A stretch of DNA of 64,000 nt from the NCBI GenBank assembly GCA_951406725.2, contig OX597832.1, forward strand, positions 48,174,001 through 48,238,000. The letters run 5' to 3'. The notes beneath the pieces are model-generated. The model ran no database searches. It was not told the DNA's origin and saw nothing but the letters and a program-made list of their open reading frames with translations. A program made the position numbers and the translations under genes. Source of the stretch: Octopus vulgaris. Taxonomy: Eukaryota. Position 1 is the stretch's first letter; each line of letters opens with the position of its first letter. Below, in pieces: positions 13,044 through 26,838 of this stretch.

Positions 13044-13612
13044 AGGGGACAAACAAGGACAGACAAACGGATTAAGTCGATTACATCGACCCCAGTGCGT
13101 AACTGGTACTTATTTAAACGACCCCCGAAAGGATGAAAGGCAAAGTCGACCTCGGCGGAATTTGAACTCAGAACGTAGCGGCAGACGAAATACCCATTTC
13201 TTTACTACCCACAAGGGGCTAAACACAGAGAGGACAAACAAGGACAGACAAACGGATTAAGTCGATTACATCGACCCCAGTGCGTAACTGGTACTTATTC
13301 AATCGATCCCCGAAAGGATGAAAGGCAAAGTCGACCTCGGCGGAATTTGAACTCAGAACATAACGGCATACGAAATACCTATTTCTTTACTATCCACAAG
13401 GGGCTAAAACACAGAGGGGACAAACAAGGACAGACAAACGGATTAAGTCGATTACATCGACCCCAGTGCGTAACTGGTACTTAGTTTATCGACCCCGAAA
13501 GGATGAAAGGCAAAGTCGACCTCGGCGGAATTTGCACTCAGAAACGTAACGGCAGACGAAATACGGCTACGCATTTCGCCCGGCGTGCTAACGTTTCTGC
13601 CAGCTCGCCGCC
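13044..13612 (-). mobile_element. SINE A trimer (head plus tandem units)
   Basis: Junctions GAAATACCCATTTC and GAAATACCTATTTC near 13190 and 13375; single head ending at 13612. Confidence 0.9.
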
Positions 13613-14227
13613 TTAAAGTTCACATTTACACCATTAATAATTGGTGCACTTGGTTTTGTGAGTAAATACCTTAAATGACAACCTGGATGAGCTTGGGGGC
13701 TTTCAGAGAAAGAAACCAACCGGCTGACATGCATATTACAAATATAATCTGTAAGCTGAATAGTAAATATATGCGAGGTATTTCTCTATTTCAAAATGTG
13801 ACATTGATTTTTCCCCCCTATATTCCACCGATAGACCCATCACCTTTCTAGCAGTAAGACTTCAAATATTTAAAAGCAGAAGAGAATACACATACATAAT
13901 ACATACATAATACATACATACACACAGACATACAAACACGCAGAATATATGCATACATACATATTTCTTTATTAACTAAGTAACGCCTGACGGACTATTG
14001 TTTCAATGCATACTCGTATCTTTACAAAGGCAAATTTGATTGTATAACGGAAGCCAAGCGTATATAAATAATAAGCATCGTCATGGCTACATCGTAAAGA
14101 GGGTCTTGTTCTAAAGAAGCATTTATGCGTAACGGCCACAAGGGTGACTGGTTATAGTCACTGAGAGGAATTGATTTACAGAGAGAGAGGTGTCTTGGCA
14201 TGCTTATATATGGCAGATGGGGAGGGT

Positions 14228-14687
14228 GAGCTGGCAGAAACTTTAGCACGCCGGGCGAAATGCGTATCCGTATTTCGTCTGCCGTTACGTTCTGGGTTCA
14301 AATTCCGCCAAGGTCGACTTTGCCTTTCATCCTTTCGGGGTCGATAAATAAAGTACCAGTTTCGCACTGGGGTCGATGTAATCGACTTAATCCCTTTGTC
14401 TGTCCTTGTTTGTCCCCTCTATGTTTAGCCCCTTGTGGGCAATAAAGAAATATATATTATACATGGCGGCGAGCTGGCAGAAACGGGAGAAATGCGTAGC
14501 CGTATTTCGTCTTCCGTTACGTTCTGGGTTCAAATTCCGCTGAGGTCGACTTTGCCTTTCATCCTTGCGGGGGGCGATTAAATAAGTACCAGTTACGCAC
14601 TGGGGTCGATATAATCGACTTAATCCGTTTGTCTGTCCTTGTTTGTACCCTCTATGTTTAGCCCCTTGTGGATAGTAAAAAGAAATA
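14228..14687 (+). mobile_element. Two head-bearing SINE A copies enclosed by one about 26-bp TSD
   Basis: TATATATGGCAGATG(G/T)G(G/A)AGGGTGAG at about 14205-14230 and 14688-14713. Confidence 0.8.
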
Positions 14688-15024
14688 TATATATGGCAGA
14701 TGTGAAGGGTGAGAAAGAGAGGAAAGCTAAGATAATGTATGTGTGTGTATCAATTGCGAGAGAGAGAAAAAGAGAGAGAAGAGAGCAAGAAGGAGACAGA
14801 GCGAGAAGGAGACAGAATGAGAAAGAGAGAGAGAGAAAGAGAAGGCACTAGTCCAAAAACGGCTACAGTTTAAGATATCGGTAGTGGCCATATACGAAAA
14901 AGATTACAGGAATTTTGAATATTAATGACTTTTAGCTGCAATTAGCCGTTAAATAGAAGGAAGAGGTACCGGGTCATAATATGGGAAAGTAGTTGTTAAA
15001 GATGTATATTAGAAACTCTATGCG

Positions 15025-15270
15025 TCGACGAGGATGAACTTGCTGACGTGTCACGGAGGAATTTCAGACCCGGTGCCACCATGGATAACTTCCAGAGATC
15101 CCTTGCTCGGTAGTAGTGCTATGGAAGAGCACTGCCGGTTAGAAATAAATTTTACAGGCACGGAAGGGCTGCCAGACGGTGGACAGTCTGAGATGCGAGC
15201 AGAGCGTCCAAAACTGTCCAGCACGCCACTCGTGCAGTGTCCACATAGTGCTGACTTGTTGAATTATGTC
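15025..15270 (+). pseudogene. Tx1/L1-type LINE ORF2 C-terminal zinc-knuckle relic
   Basis: Across frameshifts reads DNFQRSLAR..CYGRALPVRNKFYRHG and RCEQSV.TVQHA.LVQCPH.ADLLNYV, matching the zf-RVT CCHC pattern. Confidence 0.6.
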
Positions 15271-15273
15271 AAA

Positions 15274-15838
15274 GGCGGCGAGGTGGCAGAAATGTCAGCA
15301 CGCCGGGCGAAATGCGTAGCCGTATTTCATCTGCCGTTACGTTCTGAGTTCAATTTCCGCCGAGGTCGACTTTGCCTTTCATCCTTTCGGAGTCGATTAA
15401 ACGCACTGAGGTCGATACAATCGACTCAATCCGTTTGTCTGTCCTTGTTTGTCCTCTCTGTGTTTAGCCCTTTGTGGGCAGTAAAGAAATAAGTATTTCG
15501 TCTGCCGCTACGGTTTGAGTTTAAATTCCGCTGAGGTCGACTTTGCCTTTCATCCTTTCGGGGTCGATTAAATAAGTACCAGTTACGCACTGGGCTCGAT
15601 ATAATCGACTTAATCCGTTTGTCTGTCCTTGTTTGTCTCCTCTGTGTTTAGCCCCTTGTGGGCAGTAAAGATATGGGTATTTTGCCCGCCTTTACGTGCT
15701 GGCTTCAAATTCCGCCGAGGTCGACTTTGCCTTTCATCTTTTCGGGGTTGATAAATCAAGTACCAGTTGCATACTGAGGTCAATCTAATCAACTGGCCCT
15801 CTCCTCCCAAATTTCAGGCCTTGTGCCTACGGTAGAAA
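15274..15838 (+). mobile_element. SINE A trimer; last unit has the alternative (A2) tail
   Basis: Head at 15274; junctions near 15491 and 15672; last unit ends GGCCTTGTGCCTACGGTAGAAAC. Confidence 0.85.
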
Positions 15839-15840
15839 CA

Positions 15841-15925
15841 ATTATTATTATTATTATTATTGTTGTTGTTGTTGTTGTTGTTGTTGTAGTAGTAGTAGTT
15901 GTTGTTGTTGTTGTTGTCGTCGTCG

Positions 15926-16001
<76 letters not shown>

Positions 16002-16020
16002 CATTATTATTATTATTATT
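15841..16020. repeat. Compound trinucleotide repeat (ATT/GTT/GTA/GTC/ATC)
   Basis: Direct reading. Confidence 0.95.
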
Positions 16021-16514
16021 GATATTGTTGTTTTTGCTTTTAGTTTGAGGTAGGAAAAGTTGAACACTAATTAGAATTGAAGCAAAGAAATAATTCGAAG
16101 AGTTAACAGTAAACTACAGTAAATTAGTATAAAGTAATGTTTGTAGATAGCTTGGAGTACATATTATATATGTGTAAGGTTTCTAAGAAACCGAAATAAA
16201 TTGATTTCATTAGAGAAAACTATAACAAATAAGAATAATTGATTAGAGACTAAGCCCTGAGTGTGATGGTGAAATTTTAACGAGGCTATAGATAATGTAT
16301 TATATATAAGGCTTCTGAGAAAGTGAAACAAATACATACTAAGAGTGTGATAGACAAATTGGAAAGAAAAACGAAAATGAAAATGGTTAAGTTTGAGAAA
16401 TTAGAATTCGTCAGCGAGAAATGAGAAGCGATGAGTTGTAAAGAGAAGCAGTTTCACATTCGCGTCAAATGTTGGCTCGAGGTCAGCAATTGCACGGGGT
16501 GGGGTGGTGGGTGG

Positions 16515-16846
16515 GGTCTAAGTCGATTGCATTGATCAACTGGTATTTGTTTTATCGACCCCGAAAGGATGAAAAGGCAAAGTCAACCTCGGTGGAATTT
16601 GAACTCAGAACGTAAAGATGGGCGAAGTATAGTTAGGCGTGTTAACTGTTCTTGTTTCTTTATTGCCCACAAAGGGGCTAAACATAGAGGGGACAGACAA
16701 GGACAGACGAAAGGATTAAGTCGATTACATCGACCCCAGTGCGTAACTGGTACTTAATTTATCGACCCCTAAAGGATGAAAGGCAAAGTCAACCTCGGCG
16801 GAATTTGAACTCAGAACGTAACGGTAGACGAAATATGGCTACGCAT
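16515..16846 (-). mobile_element. Two partial SINE A copies
   Basis: Body GACCCCGAAAGGATGAAAGGCAAAGTC present twice. Confidence 0.75.
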
Positions 16847-17286
16847 AAAATCTTCGTTATATGTAACATTTTGTTAAGAGGTTAAAGATCTTTAAGATAT
16901 TAAAACAAGGAGCAATTGTTTTACACTGCAATGAGATAGTTATCATATCAGGTTTGATTGATTATAACAAAGTCGTAATTAGATTTTCTACGACTACTCT
17001 ATTCTCATAATAAGTACTAAATAATTACAGATGCTACGATAGCGAGAGAGGGGGTGGGGTGGGGGGCGAGAGAGCGAGAGAGAGAGAGCGGGTGGGAGAG
17101 AGGGAGAGAGAGCGTACAAGAAGACGTGTTTGGAAAATGAATGTAGCCAACGAGTTTGCTGTCTGGTGTAGTGGTATTAATGAGTGTATTTGATTAACTA
17201 TTATCTGCATCTGTTATTTTTCACTTGTTTCAATCGTCGGACTGTGGTGATGCAGGGAGCACAGTCTTGAACGGTTTTAGTTAAAA

Positions 17287-17517
17287 GGCGGCGAGCTGGC
17301 AGAAACGTTAGCACGCCGGGCGAAATGCGTAGCCGTATTTCGTCTGTCGTTACGTTCTGAGTTCAAATTCCGCCGAGGTCGACTTTGCCTTTCATCCTTT
17401 CGGGGTCGATAAATTAAGTACCAGTTATGCACTGGGGTCGATATAATCGACTTAATCCGTTTATCTGTCCTTGTTTGTTCTCTCTGTGTTTAGCCCCTTG
17501 TGGGTAGGAAAAAAAAA
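17287..17517 (+). mobile_element. SINE A monomer
   Basis: TSD GGTTTTAGTTAAA at 17273-17285 and 17518-17530. Confidence 0.9.
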
Positions 17518-17616
17518 GGTTTTAGTTAAATAAATCAACCTCAGTATTAATAATATTTTATTTTTGGAAGTCCAATGCTTCTTCTATCAAGTTTGTTTCC
17601 TGAACCGCAAAGGAAA

Positions 17617-17958
17617 AGAGGACTCCCTTCAGTCATGAATGACCATGGGGTTGCACTTAGAATGCCCTGCTTCGGGGCACAAGTCCGGGCAATGTTGTTT
17701 ATAGAAGATCAGCAGTCACCCATGCATACCAACCTCCTCTCTCTCCACACCACTGATGTTATCCAAGGAAAAGGCAAAGGGGCCGATACAGCTTGGCACC
17801 TGTGACGTCGCAACTCATTTCTACAGCCGATTGAACTGAAGCAACCTGAAATAAAGTGTCTTGCTCAAGAACACAACACACAGCTCGGTCCAGGAATCGA
17901 ACTCACTACCTCATGACTATGAGCCCGACACTCTAACCACTGAGCCATGCGCTTTCAC
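17617..17958 (-). mobile_element. SINE D head/core with tail type 3
   Basis: Head GCGCATGGCTCAGTGGTTAGAG; tail shared with 38455-38623. Confidence 0.8.
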
Positions 17959-18303
17959 AAAGTTACGGGTATATACAACAACAGAAATTCTTGGACGTAG
18001 GACGGCTGTGAAAACAGCTTAGAGAATCGTGTAAAAACCCTTTAGAAGACGGAAAAAGGAAAACAAAAATTCAGTAAGTCTCTACGTAGAATCGAAACGT
18101 GTATCCCCAGGCTTCAGCCCGGGTTAAGAGATCCTTATCAGCGAATCCTTTCTCTTTATAATGCTAAATAATAGCTTTTGGAATGTGAGACCACCTCGTA
18201 AACAAACTTAGAAGCTTCAAGTGAGTCGCTATTCAAAAGAAAAGAATTCTAAAACGCAGTATGGCAGTGAAGACAGCTTAGAATATCGGTTTATAGAAAA
18301 TCG

Positions 18304-18344
<41 letters not shown>

Positions 18345-18348
<4 letters not shown>

Positions 18349-18598
18349 TGTGACCGACTAGGCAATCAGATGCTGTTACACATCGCTGGTCACAATTCGC
18401 TTTGTATTGTTTTAGACATCAAATGACGCCACCACGCTGGCTAGGCGAGCAAGCCAACACTCCTTGATCGAAAAGGGGTCTGGATCAACATAAAAAGAAA
18501 TATTCTCAAAAACACAACCCGATGCCCTCTCTGGGAATCGAACCTGCGATCTAGCGATCGTGAGTGCAATAGTTTAACCACTAGGCCATGCGCCTTCA
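18345..18598 (-). mobile_element. SINE D-like head with tail type 4
   Basis: Head GTGAAGGCGCATGGCCTAGTGGTTAAAC...GGTTCGATTCCC; tail unlike the other D copies. Confidence 0.6.
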
Positions 18599-18973
18599 CA
18601 CACACACAGACAGATACACATACACCACGGGCTTCCACACAATGTCCACCTACCAAATTTACTCACAAGGCAATGGTCGGTCCGGGACTATAGTAGAAAA
18701 GAAGTGTCCAAGGTGTCGCGCTATGGAACTGAACGCAAAACCAAATGATTGCAAAGAAAGCTTGTTTCCATGCAGCTATGTGTAAGGTTTCCAAGAAGTC
18801 GAAAGAAATAGATTTGTAAATGTCTGGCAGAGAAAAACAGGAAAAAGATAACAATATAAAAATGATTACTGATTTAGAGAAATCATCTATCGCCTGCGAG
18901 AAAGGAGTAATTAATGGTTACACAAGTACAGGCATTAAATATATATATATGTATACATATATATCGGCACGTA

Positions 18974-19038
<65 letters not shown>

Positions 19039-19231
19039 GCACACACACACACACACACAGAGAGGCACACACACATACAGAGAGGCACACCCACAAGTAC
19101 ACACACAGATACATAAATAGATGCACATACATGCATATATATATACCCATACACACTTACCTATCTGTCTAACTATACGGATACACATCCACTTGTATGT
19201 ATGTATGTGTGTGTGTATATATATATATATA

Positions 19232-19280
<49 letters not shown>

Positions 19281-19309
19281 TCTCTCTCACATACACAGAT
19301 ACGTACGCG

Positions 19310-19368
<59 letters not shown>

Positions 19369-19503
19369 TCGTATAGTGTATTTTAATAGTTATAACTGTA
19401 CCAGGAAGGAACTGAAAGATTCCAGAATCGATTTATAAAAATTAGATATCGGAACAAAGATGACCGATTTTAATTCATGACCAGATTCGATGCGTGTATG
19501 AAT

Positions 19504-19535
<32 letters not shown>

Positions 19536-19672
19536 TGTATGTATGTATGTATGTATGTATGTATGCATGCATGCATGTATGTATGTATGCATGTATGTAT
19601 GTATGTATGTATGTATGCATGTATGTATGTATGTATGTATGTATGCATGTATGTATGTATGTATCTCTCCTT

Positions 19673-20077
19673 ACTCTTTACTCTTTTACTTGTTTCAGTC
19701 ATTTGACTGTGGCCATGCTGGAGCACCGCCTTTAGTCGAGCAAATCGAGCCCAGGACTTATTCTTTGTAAGCCTAGTACTATCGTTCTCTTTTGCCGAAC
19801 CGCTAAGTTAAGGGGACGCAAACACACCAGCATCGGTTGTCAAGCGATGTTTGGGGGGACAAACACAGACAAACACACACACACACACACATATATACAT
19901 ACATACATACATACGACGGGCTTCTTTCAGTTTCCGCCTACCAAATCCACTCACAAGGCTTTCGTCGGCTTGAGGCTATAGTAGAAGACACTTCCCCAAG
20001 GTGCCACGCAGTGGGACTGAACCCGGAACCATGTGGTTCGTAAGCAAGCTACTTACCACACAGCCACTCCTACGCCT
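19673..20077 (-). mobile_element. SINE B
   Basis: Matches 6703-7148 in reverse. Confidence 0.85.
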
Positions 20078-20525
20078 GTATGTATGTATGTATGTATGTA
20101 CACACACACACACAAACACACACCTGTTTGTGTCCAATAGTGGTCCTGTACTATGGTTGGTTGATTTTCTATGATCGCCATATATTTCCAAATGTCTTGG
20201 TCACTTGCTTTTGTTTGATGGTCGTCCAGCGTTTCAGTTTGCTGATTCCCTTATCGACTTAATCCGTTTGTCTGTCCTTGTTTGTCCCCTTTATGTTTAG
20301 CCCCTTGTGGGTAATAAAGAAACATATATGTACGTACGTACTTACATCTGTCTGTCTGTTTGTCTGTCTGTATGTGTGTATGTATGTATCTATATATACG
20401 CATGCATGTTTGCATGTATGTATGTAGGTAGGTGTGTATGTACGTATGTTCGTATTTACATATGTATGAAATTAAGTATATATGTGTCAGGTACGTACCG
20501 CCAGTAATTACTCAGGGTAGGCAGT

Positions 20526-20898
20526 TACTCTCTTTACTCTTTTACTCTTTTACTTGTTTCAGTCATTTGACTGCGGCCATGCTGGAGCACCACCTTTTAG
20601 TACTTATTCTATCGGTCTTTTTTGCCGAACCGCCAAGTGACGGGGACGTAAACACACCAGCATCGGTTGTCAAGCAATGCTAGGGGGACAAACACAGACA
20701 CACAAACACACACACATATACATATATATACATATATACGACAGGCTTCTTTCAGTTTCCGTCTACCAAATCCACTCACAAGGCATTGGTCGGCCCGGGG
20801 CTATAGCAGAAGACACTTGCCCAAGATGCCACGCAGTGGGACTGAACCCGCAACCGTGTGGTTGTTAGCAAGCTACTTACCACACAGCCACTCCTGCG
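20526..20898 (-). mobile_element. SINE B
   Basis: Matches 6703-7148 in reverse. Confidence 0.85.
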
Positions 20899-21079
20899 AC
20901 CTTTATGTAGTAAAACACACTGAAAATAAGCGAAACACTGGCGCACAACTGAGTTGAAGGCAGATATGTTTCTGCCTTTATAGCACGTAAAGAAAGCAGA
21001 TGCTGTAGAAACGTACGCAGCACGTATACCACAGCAGTACTATGCGTAGCTTAGATGCTGGGACTGAAAAATAATAGAT

Positions 21080-21596
21080 AATAAATGCGCCCTTTTAACG
21101 TGTAGCCAGGCTCATGGGCCCGGTTTCCCGGTTTCTATGGCGTATGTGTTCCCCTGCTGGACGGGACGACAGTCCATTGCAGTGTTACTCATTTTTGCCA
21201 GCTGAGTGGACTGGAGCAACGTGAAAATGAAGTGTTTTGCTCAAGAACACAACGCGTCGCCCGGTCCAGGAATCGAAACCACAATCTTAAGATAATGATG
21301 CTGACACCCTAACCACTAAGCCACGCACCTCCACAAAAATAAATGCGCCCTTTTAAAGCCTAGCCAGGCTCATGGGTCCGGTTTCCCGGTTTCTATGGCG
21401 TATGTGTTCCCCTGCTGGACGGGATGCCAGTCCATTGCAGTGTTACTCATTTTTGCCAGCTGAGTGGACTGGAGCAACGTGAAATGAAGTGTTTTGCTCA
21501 AGAACACAACGCGTCGCCCGGTCGGTCCAGGAATCGAAACCACAATCTTACGATCATGGTGCTGACACTCTAACCACTAAGCCACGTACCTCCACG
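21080..21596 (-). mobile_element. SINE D dimer (tail type 1, containing CTGCAATGGACTGG..TCCAG)
   Basis: Two about 250-bp tandem copies; flanking GACTGAAAA direct repeat at about 21062 and 21598. Confidence 0.85.
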
Positions 21597-22095
21597 AGAC
21601 TGAAAAGCAGGAGCGAATTATGCCTATCTAATCTACGAAAAAATAGAACATTTTGCATTTCATGCATAATAATCAGACTAACCTTCATAATTGTATTGAA
21701 TTAAGTGCATATTTTGCCACGAGAGGAAAATGTTGCTAATCAATCTATTTTATTCAAGGTAAGTACTGCCTACCTTGCCTATCTAGGCGGCACGTCCCTG
21801 ATATGTATGTATATACGTACGTATGCATGCACGCATCCATCTATGTAGGCATGTATGCACGCACGTGAACATGCAAGCATGGATGTATGTATGCATTGCA
21901 CGCAGACATCCATGTAAAAATGTATGTTTATGCACGTAAGTGTATGCACGCATGTAAATATTTAATATGCACGCCTGCATTCATGCAAGAATGTATGTTT
22001 GTACATGTATGTATGTATGTATGAACGCACGTGTCCATGCAGGAATTTATGTATGTATGTATGTATGTATGTATGTATGTATGTATGTATGTATG

Positions 22096-22325
22096 TGGAG
22101 GCGCGTGGCTTAGTGGTTAGGGTGTCAGCATCATGATCGTAAGATTGTGGTTTCGATACCTGGACCGACCGGGCGATGCGTTGTGTTCTTGAGCAAAACA
22201 CTTCATTTCACGTTGTTCCAGTCCACTCAGCTGGCAAAAATGAGTAACGCTGCGATGGACTGGCGTCCCATCCAGCTGGGGAACACATACGCCCATGAGC
22301 CTGGCTAGGCTTTAAAAAGGGCGCT
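22096..22325 (+). mobile_element. SINE D (tail type 1)
   Basis: GTGGAGGCGCGTGGCTTAGTGGTTAGGG...GGTTTCGATACC. Confidence 0.85.
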
Positions 22326-22333
22326 TTTATTTT

Positions 22334-22640
22334 GTGGAGGTGCATTGGCCCAGTGGTTAGGGCAACTGACTCGCGGTCGGTCGGAGGATCGCAGTTTCGA
22401 TTCCCAGACCGAGTGTTGTGTGTGTTTATTGAGCGAAAACACCTGAAAGCTCCACGAGGCTCCGACAGGGAGTGGTGGCGACCCCTGTTGTACTCTTTCG
22501 CCACAACTTTCTTTCACTCTCTCTTCCTGTTTCTTGAGTAACGCTGCAATGGACTGGCATCACGTCCAGTTGGGGGGAACACATACGCCACAGAAACCGG
22601 GAAACCGGGCTCAGGAGCCTAGCTAGGCTTGGAAAGGGCG
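22334..22640 (+). mobile_element. SINE C head joined to D-type tail
   Basis: GTGGAGGTGCATTGGCCCAGTGGTTAGGG head; 3' part GAGTAACGCTGCAATGGACTGG...AGGGCG shared with D. Confidence 0.8.
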
Positions 22641-23117
22641 AAAAAAAGTATGTACGTATGTGCGCACGTACGCATTCATGCGTGTATGTATAAGACTATG
22701 TATGCACGTTCACTTCACATTCCTTTCCACAATGAGTTAAAAATTTTACAGAGAGAGATAATAGTTTCTCAGATTGATATCGAATCACGCGGTCTCTTTC
22801 TCTGCGAGCTGGAATTTTGTGTCCTCCCTGTACACTGTTTTTAATTTATTTTCTTTGTGTTATTAATATTTTTATCAGCTTGTTTGGCAAAATGAAATGA
22901 CTCAGATGAAGTACAGCATGAAGTATCAGAACCTTGGTAAAGATTACGCTGTGCAAAGAGTTTAAACCTGAATTTTGCACATACACATATATTAAATCAG
23001 ATCTATGCTCCCTTACAGCTGTTCATTCTCTACAGCTGCCGGGGCCTCGACGCTGCATTATTCGCGCTTTGTTTTAAAGGATCTGGGTCATTTGCCTAGT
23101 GTGTTTAAGTGTTTGTT

Positions 23118-23152
<35 letters not shown>

Positions 23153-23212
23153 TTGTGTGTATGTGTATGTGTGCATGCGCATTTATGTGTGTATGCGTGC
23201 ACGCGTATACAG

Positions 23213-23274
<62 letters not shown>

Positions 23275-23317
23275 ATGCACGAACACATACACACATGAAG
23301 ATACACACACACACACA

Positions 23318-23678
23318 GCTTTTACGTGTTTTCGCTCAATAAACATACAACACGCCCGGTCTGGGAATCGAAACCGTGATCCTACGTCCGCGAGTCCGCT
23401 CCTCTAACCACTGGGCCATTGCACCTCCTTGCGCCCTTTTAAAGCCTAGCCAGGCTCGTGGGCTCGGTTTCCCGGTTTCTATGGCGTATGTGTTCCCCAG
23501 CTGGACGGGACACCAGTCCATCGCAGCGCTACTCATTTCTGCCGGCTGAGTGGACTGGAGCAACGTGAAATGAAGTGTTATGCTCAAGAACACAACGCGT
23601 CGCCCGGTCCAGGATTCGAAACCACAATCTTACGATCATGATGCGGACACCCTAACCACTAAGCCACGCGCCTCCACA
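23318..23678 (-). mobile_element. SINE D followed by truncated SINE C (same D-C order as 22096-22640)
   Basis: D at 23431-23678, C at 23318-23428. Confidence 0.8.
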
Positions 23679-23699
23679 TAAGTCAGATACTCAATGTTA

Positions 23700-24768
23700 T
23701 TAGGATATTCCGTGAGAGAGAGTTGAGAATATTCTGCACAATGAATTTGGCATAACAAAGGCTTCTGCTTGGTGGGTGCCACGTCATCTGTTGCCTGATC
23801 AAAAGCACACCAGGCGGATCGCACCACAGGAAGATCTGAGTTTGCTTGAGACAGATCCAGCTGGTTCCCTTGAACGTTTCCTAAACAAGGATGAGCGTTG
23901 GGTTCACCATTTTGAACCAGAGACAGACAATCCATGCAGTGGAAACATCCCTTCTCATCTCTTCCATAGAAGGGCATCCGCAGGAAAGGATGATGGGCTT
24001 AGGCTTTTGGGGTTGCAAAAGGCATTGTGTTTATTGACTGTCTTCAAAAAGGTCGCGCCATCAATAGAGAGAACTGTGCCAACTTGCTGTGGCATTTACA
24101 AAAGGTCGCCAAGACCAAACGATCAGGAAAACTGACGAAAGCATTATTATTTTATCAGGACAAAGCTCCAGCACACAAGTCCTTCAAATGCGATATCTGT
24201 TGTGCTTGGCAGTGGGTTCGGACTGGTTGACTACCTTCCCTTTTCTCCTGGTTTGTCGCCATCTGATTATCATCAGTTCACCAACATGATAGAACTCTTA
24301 CCTGGGAACCAGTTTCGCAGTGATGATCACGTCATATTTGCTGTTGATAAGGCGGCCAGCTGGCAGAACCGTTAGCACGCCGGGCGAAATGCGTAGCCGT
24401 ATTTCGTCTGCCGTTACATTCTGGGTTCAAATTCTGCCGAGGTCGACTTTGCCTTTCATCCTTTCGGGGCCGATAAATTAAGTACCAGTTACGCACTGGG
24501 GTCGATGTAGTCGACTTAATCCGTTTGTCTGTCCTTGTTTGTCACCTCTGTGTTTAGCCCCTTGTGGGTAGTAAAGAAATATATTTGCTGTTGATAACTT
24601 TTTGAGGACCAAAAGAATGAAACTTTCATCAATGGGATCCAAGCTATGCAACACCTATGGAAGAAGTGTGTGCACCGAAGGAAGGACTATGTTGAAAAAT
24701 AAACCTCATTTGGTCACATTCCATGAAAGTATATTGGTCAGCCTATGAAGATTTCAGCCGACATTCGA
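23700..24768 (+). pseudogene. Degenerate mariner (DD34D) transposon, 5' truncated, interrupted by SINE A
   Basis: Motifs WVPRHL, KDERWVHHFEPE, FYQDKAPAHKS, PFSPGLSPSDY and C-terminal DYVEK-stop; many frameshifts. Confidence 0.85.
24351..24580 (+). mobile_element. SINE A monomer nested in mariner
   Basis: Perfect 17-bp TSD ATATTTGCTGTTGATAA at 24334-24350 and 24581-24597. Confidence 0.92.
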
Positions 24769-24783
24769 GTGTGCGCGCACACA

Positions 24784-24854
<71 letters not shown>

Positions 24855-25109
24855 GATGTATTTTGGGAAGGTCATTTTGCACAACGCGAATATTACACAC
24901 AACTGTAATGTGTACATGTACAAATGTGCATTTTTATATATGTGTGTATATGTATCTGTGTTTATATGCATGTATTTGTATCTGTCTGTCTGTTTGTCTG
25001 TCTGTCTGTATGTATGTGTGCGTGCGCGTGTGTATGTGTATCTGTGTCAATAAATTTATATACACAGATACATACATATACGCATACAAATATCAGTTTA
25101 TATATATAT

Positions 25110-25269
25110 AGGCATGGTTGTGAGGTAAGAAGCTTGCTTCCCAACCACATGGTTCTGGGTTCAGTCACATTACGTGGCACCTTGGGCAAGTGTTTTCTAC
25201 TTAGCTTCGGGCCGACCAAAGCCTTGTGAGTTGATTTGGTAGATGGAAACCGAAAGAAACCTGTCGTAT

Positions 25270-25310
<41 letters not shown>

Positions 25311-25534
25311 CGTATGTATATATTTGTGCGTGTGTCTGTGTTTGCCCCCCTGCCATCGCCTGATAACCGATGCTGGTGTGTTTACGTCCACGTAACTTAG
25401 TGATTCGGTAAGAGAAACCGATAGAATAAGTACTTCAAAAGGCTTTCTAAGAATAAGTCCTGGGACGATTTCTCCGACTAAAAGTACATAAGGCGGCGCT
25501 CCAGCATGGCCACAGTCAAATGACTGAAACAAGA

Positions 25535-25536
<2 letters not shown>
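25110..25536 (+). mobile_element. SINE B
   Basis: Family match. Confidence 0.8.
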
Positions 25537-25593
<57 letters not shown>

Positions 25594-25707
25594 AACAGTA
25601 ATATGTATATATATACATAAATACATATACATATGTATATAATTTTATATGTATATATATATATAAATATTATGTGTGTGCATGTATAGATATCGGTCTA
25701 TACATCC

Positions 25708-25807
<100 letters not shown>

Positions 25808-25832
25808 TACATATAAATATATGTATATATAA

Positions 25833-25867
<35 letters not shown>

Positions 25868-26454
25868 ATATGTATATATGTATATATATATATATCCACA
25901 TTGAAATTCGTTGAACTGAACTCTGAGAGCAACGTTAAACAAAGAAGAAACCTGAAACCTCAAAGACTGTTTTCCCAGACATTTCATGCCGAAGCGCCAT
26001 GTCCTTGCTCCCACTTCTTCCTCATCCTCTCACCCAGCATTCTTCTCTCATTTCTTTTAACTTTCAGCATCCCTCGCTTTCCTCCTTCACATTTCTACCC
26101 TAACGTCGTCTGGTTTTACCCACTTCGTTAATTTTTGCTTTTTCACCGCCGCCGCCATATTTCTTCTCTGTTGTCATCTTCTCTTTAAACTCTTACCCTC
26201 CCCTACCCTTTCGCAGTCCAAGTCAAATTTCGTTAAGTCTGCATGTACGAAGTAGTAGCCGTCGCCATCGTAGCCATCGTTGACGTCTCTGATGTCTTCG
26301 TCGTTACAGCCATCGTCTGCATCAGAATTTCTTAACCATTTTTTTTGCCTATGGAACCTTTTGATTCCTATTTCACCCGAGTTGACCTCCATAACCATGC
26401 GATGTTCGAAAGAAAAGAAAAAAAATTTTAAAAAACCTGTTACATTTTTTATAT

Positions 26455-26655
26455 TCTTTTACTCTTTTACTTGTTTCAGGTCAATTGACTGCGGCCATGC
26501 TGGAGTACTGCCTTTAGTCGATCAAATCGACCCCAGGACTTGTTCTTTGTAAGCCTAGTATTTACTCTATCGGTCCCTTTTGCCGAATTGCTAAGTTACA
26601 GGGACGTAAACACACCAACATCGATAGTCAAGCGATGATGGGCGCCAAACACACA
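26455..26655 (-). mobile_element. SINE B 3' half
   Basis: Family match up to the internal microsatellite. Confidence 0.75.
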
Positions 26656-26756
26656 CACACACACACAAATATACATACATACATGCATACATACATAAAT
26701 ACATACATACATACATAAATACATACATACATAAATACATACATACATACATATAT

Positions 26757-26837
<81 letters not shown>

Positions 26838-26838
<1 letters not shown>

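Noticed and set aside
22096-22170. Functional tRNA genes at SINE heads
   Set aside because: A and B boxes are present, but no complete cloverleaf; they continue into SINE bodies.
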